From positions 1 through 55,896 of IMG/VR virus record IMGVR_UViG_3300032233_000817: 55,896 nt of DNA; one strand, given 5' to 3'. The notes below the pieces were generated by a model, which worked only from the letters and a program-made list of their open reading frames with translations, was not told the origin of the DNA and made no database searches. Source of the DNA: a virus (taxonomy: Duplodnaviria > Caudoviricetes). This document shows positions 8,872 through 16,607 of this stretch, piece by piece. Positions within the stretch are counted from its first letter, which is position 1; each line of letters begins with the position of its first letter. The translations under genes and the position numbers were made by a program.

Positions 8872-9102
8872 ATGGAAAAGAAAACTTTAGCAGCACCCTT
8901 CGATGGCTTGTACATCGGATCAGAACCAGAAGTTATCAGCAACCCCTACTCAGGTGCAAGTGTGCTACTAGATCCTCTAGCAGTCGCGGTGTATGACACC
9001 ATCAAGGGCGCCGAGGTCATCGAGGATTATTCAAGGGTCCGCAAAGGACTGGAGTGGTTTCGAAAACATTATCCAGAAGAGTATATGGTTTTACTTGACT
9101 AA
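8872..9102 (+). CDS. Early hypothetical protein (cassette 3)
   Basis: Start set at MEKK after the CCACGGGAGAA leader; C-terminal WFRKHYPEEYMVLLD. Confidence 0.75.
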   Translation: MEKKTLAAPFDGLYIGSEPEVISNPYSGASVLLDPLAVAVYDTIKGAEVIEDYSRVRKGLEWFRKHYPEEYMVLLD

Positions 9103-9108
9103 GAGAAT

Positions 9109-9131
9109 CGGGGGGCAACCCCCGTTTTTTT
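9109..9131 (+). terminator. Intrinsic terminator, cassette 3
   Basis: CGGGGG-GCAA-CCCCCG plus T7. Confidence 0.9.
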
Positions 9132-9135
9132 ATGG

Positions 9136-9154
9136 GAACGGGTATCAAAGGGCT
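9136..9154 (+). repeat. 19-bp cassette-boundary motif, copy 3
   Basis: GAACGGGTATCAAAGGGCT. Confidence 0.95.
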
Positions 9155-9175
9155 AGAGGCGTGTCACTCTATCGC

Positions 9176-9204
9176 TTGAGTAATATGTAAAGTTAGAGTA
9201 GTAT
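9176..9204 (+). promoter_or_regulatory. Early promoter of cassette 4
   Basis: TTGAGT-17-TAGTAT, identical to the cassette 2 promoter. Confidence 0.8.
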
Positions 9205-9240
9205 AGTAATTGCAGTATTTTTAAACCACGGGAGAACAGT

Positions 9241-9498
9241 ATGAACATTCAAGGATTTACAACACCACACAGCATCGAGATGTATCGCATGACAGTAATT
9301 CGCACAGCTATCAAGATCTATTTGGGAACTGGGATAAAAGTTAACAGGATGTATACACCAGGTAATATGGTTCGAGCTGTCGCTCAAAAGACAGGCAAGA
9401 CTTACAAGAGAGGTAAGGTCGGTATGACTGAGGCATTCAATGATCTAGAACAATGGATTCTTGATAACAAAACTTTAGGCAACGAGGTTCCGCTATGA
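9241..9498 (+). CDS. Early hypothetical protein (cassette 4)
   Basis: 85-aa basic ORF, CCACGGGAGAA leader. Confidence 0.75.
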   Translation: MNIQGFTTPHSIEMYRMTVIRTAIKIYLGTGIKVNRMYTPGNMVRAVAQKTGKTYKRGKVGMTEAFNDLEQWILDNKTLGNEVPL

Positions 9499-9710
9499 AC
9501 AACTATTTAAACGAAAAGACTTATATTATCCAATGCCAAAGTGACAGCGATCTATTATGGTGCAATGAGTTTGGGTGGATTGATGATCTATCCCAGGCGG
9601 ATAAGTTTTCAGAGTTTGAAAAGGATACTTTAAATCTTCCGATAGAAGGTCAATGGGTAGAACCACATCAATATTTTAAAAGAGATAATCATGAACTACT
9701 TAGTGTTTAA
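9495..9710 (+). CDS. Early acidic hypothetical protein (cassette 4)
   Basis: 71 aa, ATGA overlap, GAGG RBS, LLWCNEFGW motif. Confidence 0.7.
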   Translation: MNNYLNEKTYIIQCQSDSDLLWCNEFGWIDDLSQADKFSEFEKDTLNLPIEGQWVEPHQYFKRDNHELLSV

Positions 9711-9755
9711 AGCAGTGCTACAAAGTATGCAGTATGAACTTAGTAAAAATAAAGA

Positions 9756-9778
9756 GGGGGCTTCGGCTCCCTTTTTTT
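9756..9778 (+). terminator. Intrinsic terminator, cassette 4
   Basis: GGGGGC-TTCG-GCTCCC plus T7. Confidence 0.9.
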
Positions 9779-9782
9779 CAAA

Positions 9783-9801
9783 GAACAGGTATCAAAGGGC
9801 T
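9783..9801 (+). repeat. 19-bp cassette-boundary motif, copy 4
   Basis: GAACAGGTATCAAAGGGCT. Confidence 0.95.
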
Positions 9802-9822
9802 ACAAGCAAGTCATTAAATAAC

Positions 9823-9850
9823 TTGACATATTATTTAAAACAAGTAAACT
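9823..9850 (+). promoter_or_regulatory. Early promoter of cassette 5
   Basis: TTGACA-16-TAAACT. Confidence 0.7.
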
Positions 9851-9876
9851 AATAAGACATTCACGAGGGGACGCAA

Positions 9877-10548
9877 ATGTATATACCAATTATAGAATTT
9901 AAAACTAAAAAAGAGACCGTTGAGGTTATCGGCGGGGAACTACGCAACAATAAAAAAATGCCTTGTAAAACTTTCAACCTTTCCGCCTGGCATTGCAAAA
10001 CTGGGGGACTATTAGCCAGTATTCCTGGGACGATCTGCAACGAGTGCTATGCTAGGCAAGGTCACTATGCTATTTACAGGGAAAACCATGCACCGGGCTA
10101 TGACACCAGGCTTAAAAATGTGGATTCCATTTACTGGGTAGACGCCATGATTAAGCAAATAGGCACGGATGAGTATTTCAGGTGGTTTGCTTCGGGCGAT
10201 CTGCAAAGTTTAGAGATGCTAGAAAAGATTGTACTTATAGCCCGGGCGTTACCTAACACTAAATTTTGGTTACCAACACACGAACCTAAGTTTATAAAGA
10301 TGTGGCTTACTAAACACCAACAAGAATTTCCTGAGAATCTGATCATACGAATAAGCGCCGTTTATATTGATAAACCTTCGACGCTTATAAAATCACTGCA
10401 AGGCTACAGAAACATTTTAACAAGTACAGTACACACCATAACACCCATAGGCAAAGATTGTAAGGCGCACGATCAAAATGGCGAATGTAGAAGTTGCCGG
10501 GACTGCTGGGACACGGATGTTAAAAATGTATCGTATCTTGCGCACTAG
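9877..10548 (+). CDS. GP88-family Cys-rich phage protein (cassette 5)
   Basis: C...CxxCYA, YFRW..SGD, FWLPT, C-terminal CxxCRxCW motifs. Confidence 0.75.
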   Translation: MYIPIIEFKTKKETVEVIGGELRNNKKMPCKTFNLSAWHCKTGGLLASIPGTICNECYARQGHYAIYRENHAPGYDTRLKNVDSIYWVDAMIKQIGTDEYFRWFASGDLQSLEMLEKIVLIARALPNTKFWLPTHEPKFIKMWLTKHQQEFPENLIIRISAVYIDKPSTLIKSLQGYRNILTSTVHTITPIGKDCKAHDQNGECRSCRDCWDTDVKNVSYLAH

Positions 10549-10565
10549 CTCACCCCCGTGGGACT

Positions 10566-10595
10566 GGGAGGACTTCGGTCTTCCCTTTCTTTTTT
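10566..10595 (+). terminator. Intrinsic terminator, cassette 5
   Basis: GGGAGGAC-TTCG-GTCTTCCC plus T tract. Confidence 0.9.
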
Positions 10596-10599
10596 GTGG

Positions 10600-10618
10600 G
10601 AACAGGTATCAAAGGGCT
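10600..10618 (+). repeat. 19-bp cassette-boundary motif, copy 5
   Basis: GAACAGGTATCAAAGGGCT. Confidence 0.95.
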
Positions 10619-10639
10619 TCAGGCGTGTCGCAACATTGA

Positions 10640-11135
10640 GTTTTCCGTAAGTCATTGATTATCCTCATGTTCCACCTCTGTTCCACTTTCTGTTCCAGTT
10701 TCTGTTCCATGTTTCGAAAGTTAACCCCTTGTTTTCATTGGCTTGTTCCAATGTTCCAGTGTTTTTTAAGTATGCACAAGGTTTTTGAGATTCTTGGAGG
10801 TCGAGAGGTCAAGTATTGCAGTGTAAAACTTTACTTACCCCATAAGTGTAAAGTCTCAAAGACTTTCATACCTAAAAAACACTGGAACATTGGAACTGCA
10901 CACTTTTTAACCACTACTACCACTATAATATAATATAATATAATATATATAATATAAGGACTTACGCATTTTCGACACACCGAAGTTATCCACAATTTCT
11001 GTGTAAGTTTACATATGGAACAGACCAAAAAACTGGAACAGAGGTGGAACACGCTAACCCCTTGATTTTAAACGCTTGTTCCACTTCCTGTTCCAACTTT
11101 CATACTTTTCCTCCACCATATGTAAACCTTACCTT
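10640..11135. repeat. Putative replication origin: TGTTCCA iterons, nested inverted repeats, AT-rich core, DnaA box
   Basis: 8 TGTTCCA and 4 TGGAACA copies; 30-bp IR 10745-10774/10867-10896; 18-bp IR 10668-10685/11034-11051; (TAATA)n at 10924-10957; TTATCCACA at 10986-10994. Confidence 0.7.
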
Positions 11136-11260
11136 ATCATATAAAACCTTATTGTAAACTTTGCTTTAGCATATTATCCACCCCAATCACCACCAATCAC
11201 CCCCCCACTTTACCGACTCAACACACCCAAACTACACAACTTAAATACATCAAATAATAC

Positions 11261-11288
11261 TTGACATATATTATAGAAAGCGTATCTT
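11261..11288 (+). promoter_or_regulatory. Promoter of the long early operon
   Basis: TTGACA-16-TATCTT; upstream ATCAAATAATAC shared with the helicase promoter. Confidence 0.75.
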
Positions 11289-11332
11289 AATACATGAGCA
11301 ACACAAACTTTAGTTATTAACACGGAGGCAGT

Positions 11333-11632
11333 ATGAAAACTTTAAAACAACAAATCATGGCATTCATGAACGCAACACTTAAGACAAAGGCACAGGCACA
11401 AATCTTTGTAAACGCATTATGGGAAGTTAAGGCAGAAGACCCAACGAAAGTAAATTGGTCTTTAAACGAAGTTTTAGGTGAAGTGCCTGTAGTTTTAGGC
11501 AAGTGGATTGACGCTTGTCACGAAGAGTGTGCTTACCGAAATCATATGGACTTGGCATACAGAACAAGCAAAAAAGACGATGCAGTCTTTGAAGTAGCAA
11601 ACATTCTTTCATCTTTAGGATATAGGGGATAA
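11333..11632 (+). CDS. Early hypothetical protein
   Basis: 99-aa ORF, GGAGG RBS. Confidence 0.75.
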   Translation: MKTLKQQIMAFMNATLKTKAQAQIFVNALWEVKAEDPTKVNWSLNEVLGEVPVVLGKWIDACHEECAYRNHMDLAYRTSKKDDAVFEVANILSSLGYRG

Positions 11633-11798
11633 ACATGAAATACGATTGGTATAAAGTTTTAGACATAAAGGGTCATCAAATAGGGTATGTCTGTTGTGCC
11701 TTTAACAAGGCAATAGAAAAAGCAAGGCATATCTATGGCAAACGAGCCAGTGATGTTGAATACATATCAGACGAAGATTTTCGGAAAGTGAGGGCAAT

Positions 11799-12020
11799 AT
11801 GACTATCAACATAGAAGACGAAGCGATACAAGCAAAGGCAGAGGTATTTGTAGAGAAGAACGGACTACAAGCAGATTTATCGGACATCAGTGAAGCTATG
11901 TATGAGGAAATACTAAAGATGTTTGAAGATAAGCTAATGGAGTTTGGCATAGAAAGAAAAGGGTATTTTGATAATTGGAAGTTAACTTGTGATGTATCTT
12001 TTAAAGAGGAGGTAGTATGA
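11799..12020 (+). CDS. Small acidic hypothetical protein
   Basis: 73 aa, GAGG RBS. Confidence 0.7.
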   Translation: MTINIEDEAIQAKAEVFVEKNGLQADLSDISEAMYEEILKMFEDKLMEFGIERKGYFDNWKLTCDVSFKEEVV

Positions 12021-12241
12021 AATTTCTTAATTTAAAAAAACCTAAAGACTTTAAACGATGGGAAATTGTTATCAATAATGGTGGTGCTAGAAATAATAAT
12101 TTGGGTAGATGTAATTATGAAGTCGAGGATCAATGTCAATGTCGTAAATATGAATCAGATAACGAAGACAACGAATGTAATTTTTTGCATATTGTGGGGT
12201 TTAAAAGTTTTTGTGAATTACAAATAAAGGAGGCAGTATGA
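12017..12241 (+). CDS. Small Cys-containing hypothetical protein
   Basis: 74 aa, GGAGG RBS, ATGA overlap. Confidence 0.6.
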   Translation: MKFLNLKKPKDFKRWEIVINNGGARNNNLGRCNYEVEDQCQCRKYESDNEDNECNFLHIVGFKSFCELQIKEAV

Positions 12242-12356
12242 AAACAAAACAGGACGCATTGGATTGGGCATTAACATATTTAAGGGAGGTTGTCGGAGTA
12301 GAGATTGAAGACAACAAAGAATACCAAAAAGCAACACAAATAAACGAGGAGGCAGT

Positions 12357-12566
12357 ATGAAAACATTTAAAGTAAGCATACCAAGACGAGTGTCATTTAC
12401 CGATTGCGAAGTATTCTTTGTTGAGGCAGAGACAGAGCAAGACGCAATAAGTATGGTCAACGAAAGTAATGACATAGGGGAATTTGAGAGTCAAGGCGAC
12501 TACGAGACAGAGTATGTCTATGACACCATAGCAGAAGAAGTTAAACAAATGGAGGTAATAGCATGA
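12357..12566 (+). CDS. Small acidic protein with VEAETEQDA motif
   Basis: 69 aa, GAGGAGG RBS; resembles 14050..14262. Confidence 0.7.
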   Translation: MKTFKVSIPRRVSFTDCEVFFVEAETEQDAISMVNESNDIGEFESQGDYETEYVYDTIAEEVKQMEVIA

Positions 12567-12733
12567 TAACAAGAGAAGATATGATTGATAAATTAGTAGA
12601 GCATGATGTGGATAATTTTGATATGCGTGACCTAGCTGATTTATTTAGATATGGCATGGTTGCATATGAAGATATGTCAGACGAGGAACTAAAAGAAGAA
12701 TATGAACGATGTTTTGAGGAGGAAACAACATGA
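12563..12733 (+). CDS. Very acidic 56-aa protein
   Basis: MITREDMIDKLVEHDVDNF...YEDMSDEELKEEYERCFEEETT; GGAGG RBS; ATGA overlaps on both sides; below the track cutoff. Confidence 0.7.
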   Translation: MITREDMIDKLVEHDVDNFDMRDLADLFRYGMVAYEDMSDEELKEEYERCFEEETT

Positions 12734-12927
12734 ACTTATTTAACGAAATAGAACGAGTCACAAAAGAGATTTACAAGTGGCAAGACACGAAGAACTTTGT
12801 TGTATGGGTTGGAGGTTGTGAAGAACATAGCCAATTAACCTATCCACAAGCCATAGCACTACGAGATGAATACCTAGAAGATGGGTATGACGATGTTTAC
12901 ATTGACAGAAACGAGGAGGACAAGTGA
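12730..12927 (+). CDS. Small acidic hypothetical protein
   Basis: 65 aa, VWVGG and GYDDVYI motifs, GAGGAGG RBS. Confidence 0.7.
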   Translation: MNLFNEIERVTKEIYKWQDTKNFVVWVGGCEEHSQLTYPQAIALRDEYLEDGYDDVYIDRNEEDK

Positions 12928-13139
12928 TGGGAATATGGGCGAGACTCCCTTTACGCGAAGTTTATTGGATATTTATGGTTAAAGAATCCAATGGGTTTTA
13001 TCGTATGAGTGCTAATTGGTGTAAGAAAGAAGCTGAAACATGGGGTATTTATGGTCAAGATAATTTTGACCGAGCCACAAATAATTTAATTGCATCAATT
13101 AAACAAGAAAACAAAGCACACGCAAAAACATATTATTAA
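12924..13139 (+). CDS. Hypothetical protein
   Basis: 71 aa, GTGA overlap, GGAGG RBS. Confidence 0.6.
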   Translation: MMGIWARLPLREVYWIFMVKESNGFYRMSANWCKKEAETWGIYGQDNFDRATNNLIASIKQENKAHAKTYY

Positions 13140-13157
13140 TAACAAAGGAAAAACAAA

Positions 13158-13376
13158 ATGGAAAACAAATTAGATTTTGATGAAGTATGTGACCTAGCTA
13201 GTAAAATTTATTGGGAAGTAGTAAATAAGCTTGATGCAGAAGACAAGTGTGTTATGGACGACCCCGATAACAAAGGAGGGACACGCAACACAGAGTTTGG
13301 ACAAGAACTATATTACTTGATTGAAGACACGATCAAAGAATCAATTAACTACAAGGAGGACGAAGATGATGAGTAG
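13158..13376 (+). CDS. Small acidic hypothetical protein
   Basis: 72 aa, AAGGA RBS. Confidence 0.7.
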   Translation: MENKLDFDEVCDLASKIYWEVVNKLDAEDKCVMDDPDNKGGTRNTEFGQELYYLIEDTIKESINYKEDEDDE

Positions 13377-13572
13377 ATTATATGGCGAGGAGTATGCAAA
13401 GGTAGTATGGAGGGCAGAAGATGTTCAAGCATTAAAAAAAGATTGGTCACTCCCAAGATGTGAAGAGTGGTTAGAAGGCAATGAAAGACATATATCCGAC
13501 AGACTTATAGAGTTAGGTTGGGAAGTCATGGATACTTTATTACAAATGGAGGCAGATGATGAAGAAGTATAA
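13369..13572 (+). CDS. Small acidic hypothetical protein
   Basis: Start moved to the ATG after AGGAGG (13366 or 13369); VVWRAEDV...GWEV motif. Confidence 0.7.
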   Translation: MSRLYGEEYAKVVWRAEDVQALKKDWSLPRCEEWLEGNERHISDRLIELGWEVMDTLLQMEADDEEV

Positions 13573-13704
13573 GTATTGGTCAACAGAAAAGTTATTAAAA
13601 TTAATGCAAGAAATTAATTGGAGGATAAACAACACAAGCTATGGAATCAGCGATATTTATTTTCGCAATGCGATAGAGGACATAGTGAACAGGAGGGTAA
13701 ACAG

Positions 13705-13869
13705 ATGAGCGACATAAAAAGAATAGTGTCGTGGAAGTTAGTAATGGATATTGAATGGGAAGATGGTAAAAAAGAAGAGATAGATTTTCCCGAACACCTA
13801 GCACAAAGTGTAGATGACTACTTAACAGAGATAGAAGAGGAACGAGCAGAGGAGGACAACGATGAGTAA
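13705..13869 (+). CDS. Small acidic protein, WEDG type
   Basis: Start MSDIK after AGGAGG; similar to 14884..15123. Confidence 0.7.
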   Translation: MSDIKRIVSWKLVMDIEWEDGKKEEIDFPEHLAQSVDDYLTEIEEERAEEDNDE

Positions 13870-14053
13870 ATGGTATGGCATAAGTGACGAGGGCGATATG
13901 TATTGCATAGGCAAATGCAAAGACTTGCAAGAGGCTCACAAGGTTGCCGATGAGATGGGGATAGACAACATTGTATCCTTGATTGATGGGGAACGAGCAG
14001 AGTCATGGGCAAAGTTTATTTTAAGAACCTTATATGAGGAGGACGAGGAATGA
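13862..14053 (+). CDS. Small acidic hypothetical protein
   Basis: 63 aa, GAGGAGG RBS. Confidence 0.7.
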   Translation: MSKWYGISDEGDMYCIGKCKDLQEAHKVADEMGIDNIVSLIDGERAESWAKFILRTLYEEDEE

Positions 14054-14262
14054 AAAAGTTTAGCGTGATTAAACATATAGAAGTTAAAGACTTTATTACG
14101 CAAGAATTTCTGATTGAAGCAGAATCAGAACAAGCCGTAGCTGATATGACAGACGAAGAGTTTTATGAGAGGTGTTCATTTGGCGAGATTATAAGTAGGG
14201 CTTATGGCGATGACCCCACAGGATATGAAGAGATAGAAAAAATAGAGGAGATACCACTATGA
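14050..14262 (+). CDS. Small acidic protein with IEAESEQ motif
   Basis: 70 aa, ATGA overlap. Confidence 0.7.
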   Translation: MKKFSVIKHIEVKDFITQEFLIEAESEQAVADMTDEEFYERCSFGEIISRAYGDDPTGYEEIEKIEEIPL

Positions 14263-14379
14263 ATAAAGCAGAAGAGTTAAGACAAAGATTAATTGAAGTA
14301 GATGTAGCTATCGAAGAACTTGAGGCACAGAAGAAACTATTGGAAGATGAGTATTACGCTTGTGAAGAGGAGGCAACAT

Positions 14380-14661
14380 ATGAGTAGAGAATTTTGTTAT
14401 TACTGCGGTGAACCACAAGGGGAAAAGATAGGTTGTTGTGGCGAGAATCACTTTGGTGAGATGTATGGGTTTAAGTGTAAAGACTTAACCAAAGAATATC
14501 CTTATGGTGTTGAATGGAGTTTTGATTCAGATGGCAGTGACATCATAGATGTTGCATGGTTTAAGACAGAAGATGAAAGAGACATATTCACAGAAGAAGA
14601 AGGATTCAACATGATACGAGAAGAAACTAAACTAGAGAGGAAAGAACATGACGGACTATAA
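14380..14661 (+). CDS. Small protein with N-terminal Zn-ribbon-like CxxC...CC..H
   Basis: Start MSREFCYYCGE after GAGGAGG. Confidence 0.65.
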   Translation: MSREFCYYCGEPQGEKIGCCGENHFGEMYGFKCKDLTKEYPYGVEWSFDSDGSDIIDVAWFKTEDERDIFTEEEGFNMIREETKLERKEHDGL

Positions 14662-14896
14662 AGAGTTGTATGAAAATGCGACAAACGAGATAGCTACATT
14701 GAAAGATGAAGCCAAAGCATTAGATAGAAAGCTAACAGACATGGTATTAGATTTAGGTTGGGACTGCCAACGAATGTCACAGAGTGGACTAGCTACTTAC
14801 AATGCGATCTGTCGCACACTAAACATCGAGGAATACAAAGAAGAATATGAGGAGATTGATAAACAAATGAAAGGAACATCAGAATGGATAATTTAG
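14648..14896 (+). CDS. Hypothetical coiled-coil protein
   Basis: 82 aa, LGWDCQRMSQSG motif. Confidence 0.7.
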   Translation: MTDYKELYENATNEIATLKDEAKALDRKLTDMVLDLGWDCQRMSQSGLATYNAICRTLNIEEYKEEYEEIDKQMKGTSEWII

Positions 14897-15123
14897 AAAG
14901 AGACATAGACCCACCCGAACCACAAGAACCTATACGCATTAAATCATGGTGGATAGGATATCGTTGGGAAGACGGCACAGAAGACACACTTAACCTAGAC
15001 GATAACTTTAGACAAGCTAGAAGCGACATCGAGGGTGTATTAGACGAGGTTGAATACGAAGTCAATCGTGATATACTAGAAAACCAAGCACAGAAATGGG
15101 GAGAACCTGATGGTGACTATTGA
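14884..15123 (+). CDS. Small acidic protein, WEDG type
   Basis: 79 aa. Confidence 0.7.
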   Translation: MDNLERDIDPPEPQEPIRIKSWWIGYRWEDGTEDTLNLDDNFRQARSDIEGVLDEVEYEVNRDILENQAQKWGEPDGDY

Positions 15124-15276
15124 AAAGAAACAAAAACAGATTATTGTGGAGCAAATTGTGGTGACAGGCTATGTTAAACACAACAATGGCAGAAAATCAC
15201 CATTTGCTTTTGATAAGAAAGCCTTTGAACCTAAAGATTTAGAGGGTATTTTTAACGGAGTGGGGAGGATATATCA

Positions 15277-15513
15277 ATGACACCCGAAGAAAAGAAACGG
15301 AAGTTTGAAGAAGATTTAATTGAAGTAGCAGTAGCCGAGTATTATCAATGGGTCGAAGTGCATCAAGCTACAAGGTCAGAATGGAATGCACGAATGTTTT
15401 ATGACGCGATGAGACTTGGTGTAGTAAGGGGTATTAACTTTGCAACAAATCAGTATATGCAATCATTAAAAAACTTTGAGGAGAAGAAGAATGAAAACAA
15501 AACCAATATTTAA
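15277..15513 (+). CDS. Hypothetical protein
   Basis: 78 aa, GGAGG RBS. Confidence 0.7.
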   Translation: MTPEEKKRKFEEDLIEVAVAEYYQWVEVHQATRSEWNARMFYDAMRLGVVRGINFATNQYMQSLKNFEEKKNENKTNI

Positions 15514-15670
15514 ATCACACGCATCACCAAGCTATAAAGGGTATGACAGAGAAATCTATTTAAGTGAATACACACCAATTAATAAAGAACACTACAGACG
15601 ATTAAAATTTTGTGCGGTGGTATCAGTGGGTATTAATATCTTTTTATTACTTGTGACCATTTTAAGATAG
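15491..15670 (+). CDS. Small protein with a C-terminal transmembrane helix
   Basis: Start MKTKP; hydrophobic AVVSVGINIFLLLVTIL. Confidence 0.6.
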   Translation: MKTKPIFKSHASPSYKGYDREIYLSEYTPINKEHYRRLKFCAVVSVGINIFLLLVTILR

Positions 15671-15679
15671 GGGAACGAC

Positions 15680-15898
15680 ATGCCAATTATTAATAACGAC
15701 AAGGAGGCGTTGACCCATGCTTTGATACTAGGTATCACCGCGCCCGACTACAAGCTACAAGAGGTGATGGAGTTAGCCCAAGTGATAGCAGATAAACTAA
15801 GTGATGAAGAGATACAAGAATGTAAGGACAGAGCAATCGCTTGGATAGACGAACAAGAACTTAAAGCCCGTGAAGCAAACGGGGACACAATACATTGA
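15680..15898 (+). CDS. Hypothetical protein
   Basis: 72 aa, ALILGITAP motif. Confidence 0.7.
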   Translation: MPIINNDKEALTHALILGITAPDYKLQEVMELAQVIADKLSDEEIQECKDRAIAWIDEQELKAREANGDTIH

Positions 15899-15908
15899 GG
15901 GGAACGAT

Positions 15909-16190
15909 ATGAAAAAGTTTAGCGTAGTAATAGAAGTATTGATGGCAGATGATTACAAAGACATGGTAGAGAAATGGAAAGTAGAACCGAGTGATCATGT
16001 AGCCACCATATTGACCGAGACTGCACGAGAAAAGGGTCTTGTTGTCAAGGCATCGGTATTAGAAACGGAACATAGTCTCTTTGACCGACAAAGGAAACAC
16101 GCAGATCATCTAGTCCAAGCAGACGCATACAACGATCTAGAAAATGAGATCATCAGTCGCACTTGTATTGGTGGAGTATGTGAAGACTAA
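15909..16190 (+). CDS. Hypothetical protein ending CIGGVCED
   Basis: Start MKKFSV after GAGG. Confidence 0.65.
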   Translation: MKKFSVVIEVLMADDYKDMVEKWKVEPSDHVATILTETAREKGLVVKASVLETEHSLFDRQRKHADHLVQADAYNDLENEIISRTCIGGVCED

Positions 16191-16319
16191 TGGATAAAAC
16201 ATTACAAGAGGTCATACAAGAACAATCATTGTTCGAAGATAGTGCATTAGAAGACGCGTGTGCATACGCACGAATGATAACCAAAGGATCAGAACGATTT
16301 AAACTAAAGGAGAAACAAG

Positions 16320-16607
16320 ATGACCCCCGAAGCTAAAGTAAAGAAGCAAGTCAAGAAGATACTTGATGATCTTGGGGCATACCATTTCTCGCCGTTGACT
16401 TCGGGATACGGGCGAAGTGGTGTCCCCGACATCATTGTGTGCTACAAGGGAAAGTTTATTGGCATCGAATGTAAAGCTGGAAAAGGTAAACTTACTGCGT
16501 TGCAAGAACGCAACATCAAGCAAATAAAACACAATGAAGGCTTGGCAATAGTGATAAACGAAGGTAATATAGAGGAACTATTAGCTCTAGTAAAGGAGAT
16601 CGAATGA
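16320..16607 (+). CDS. VRR-NUC family nuclease (Holliday-junction-resolvase-like)
   Basis: TPEAKVK, GVPDII, IGIECKAG, TALQ motifs. Confidence 0.9.
   Translation: MTPEAKVKKQVKKILDDLGAYHFSPLTSGYGRSGVPDIIVCYKGKFIGIECKAGKGKLTALQERNIKQIKHNEGLAIVINEGNIEELLALVKEIE

Noticed and set aside
8111-10618. CRISPR array from the 19-bp repeats
   Set aside because: Repeats are 370-820 bp apart and separated by whole genes; no cas operon
10655-11052. ORFs 10655..10933 (+) and 10831..11052 (-)
   Set aside because: Translations of the iterons and AT tract; no RBS; low complexity
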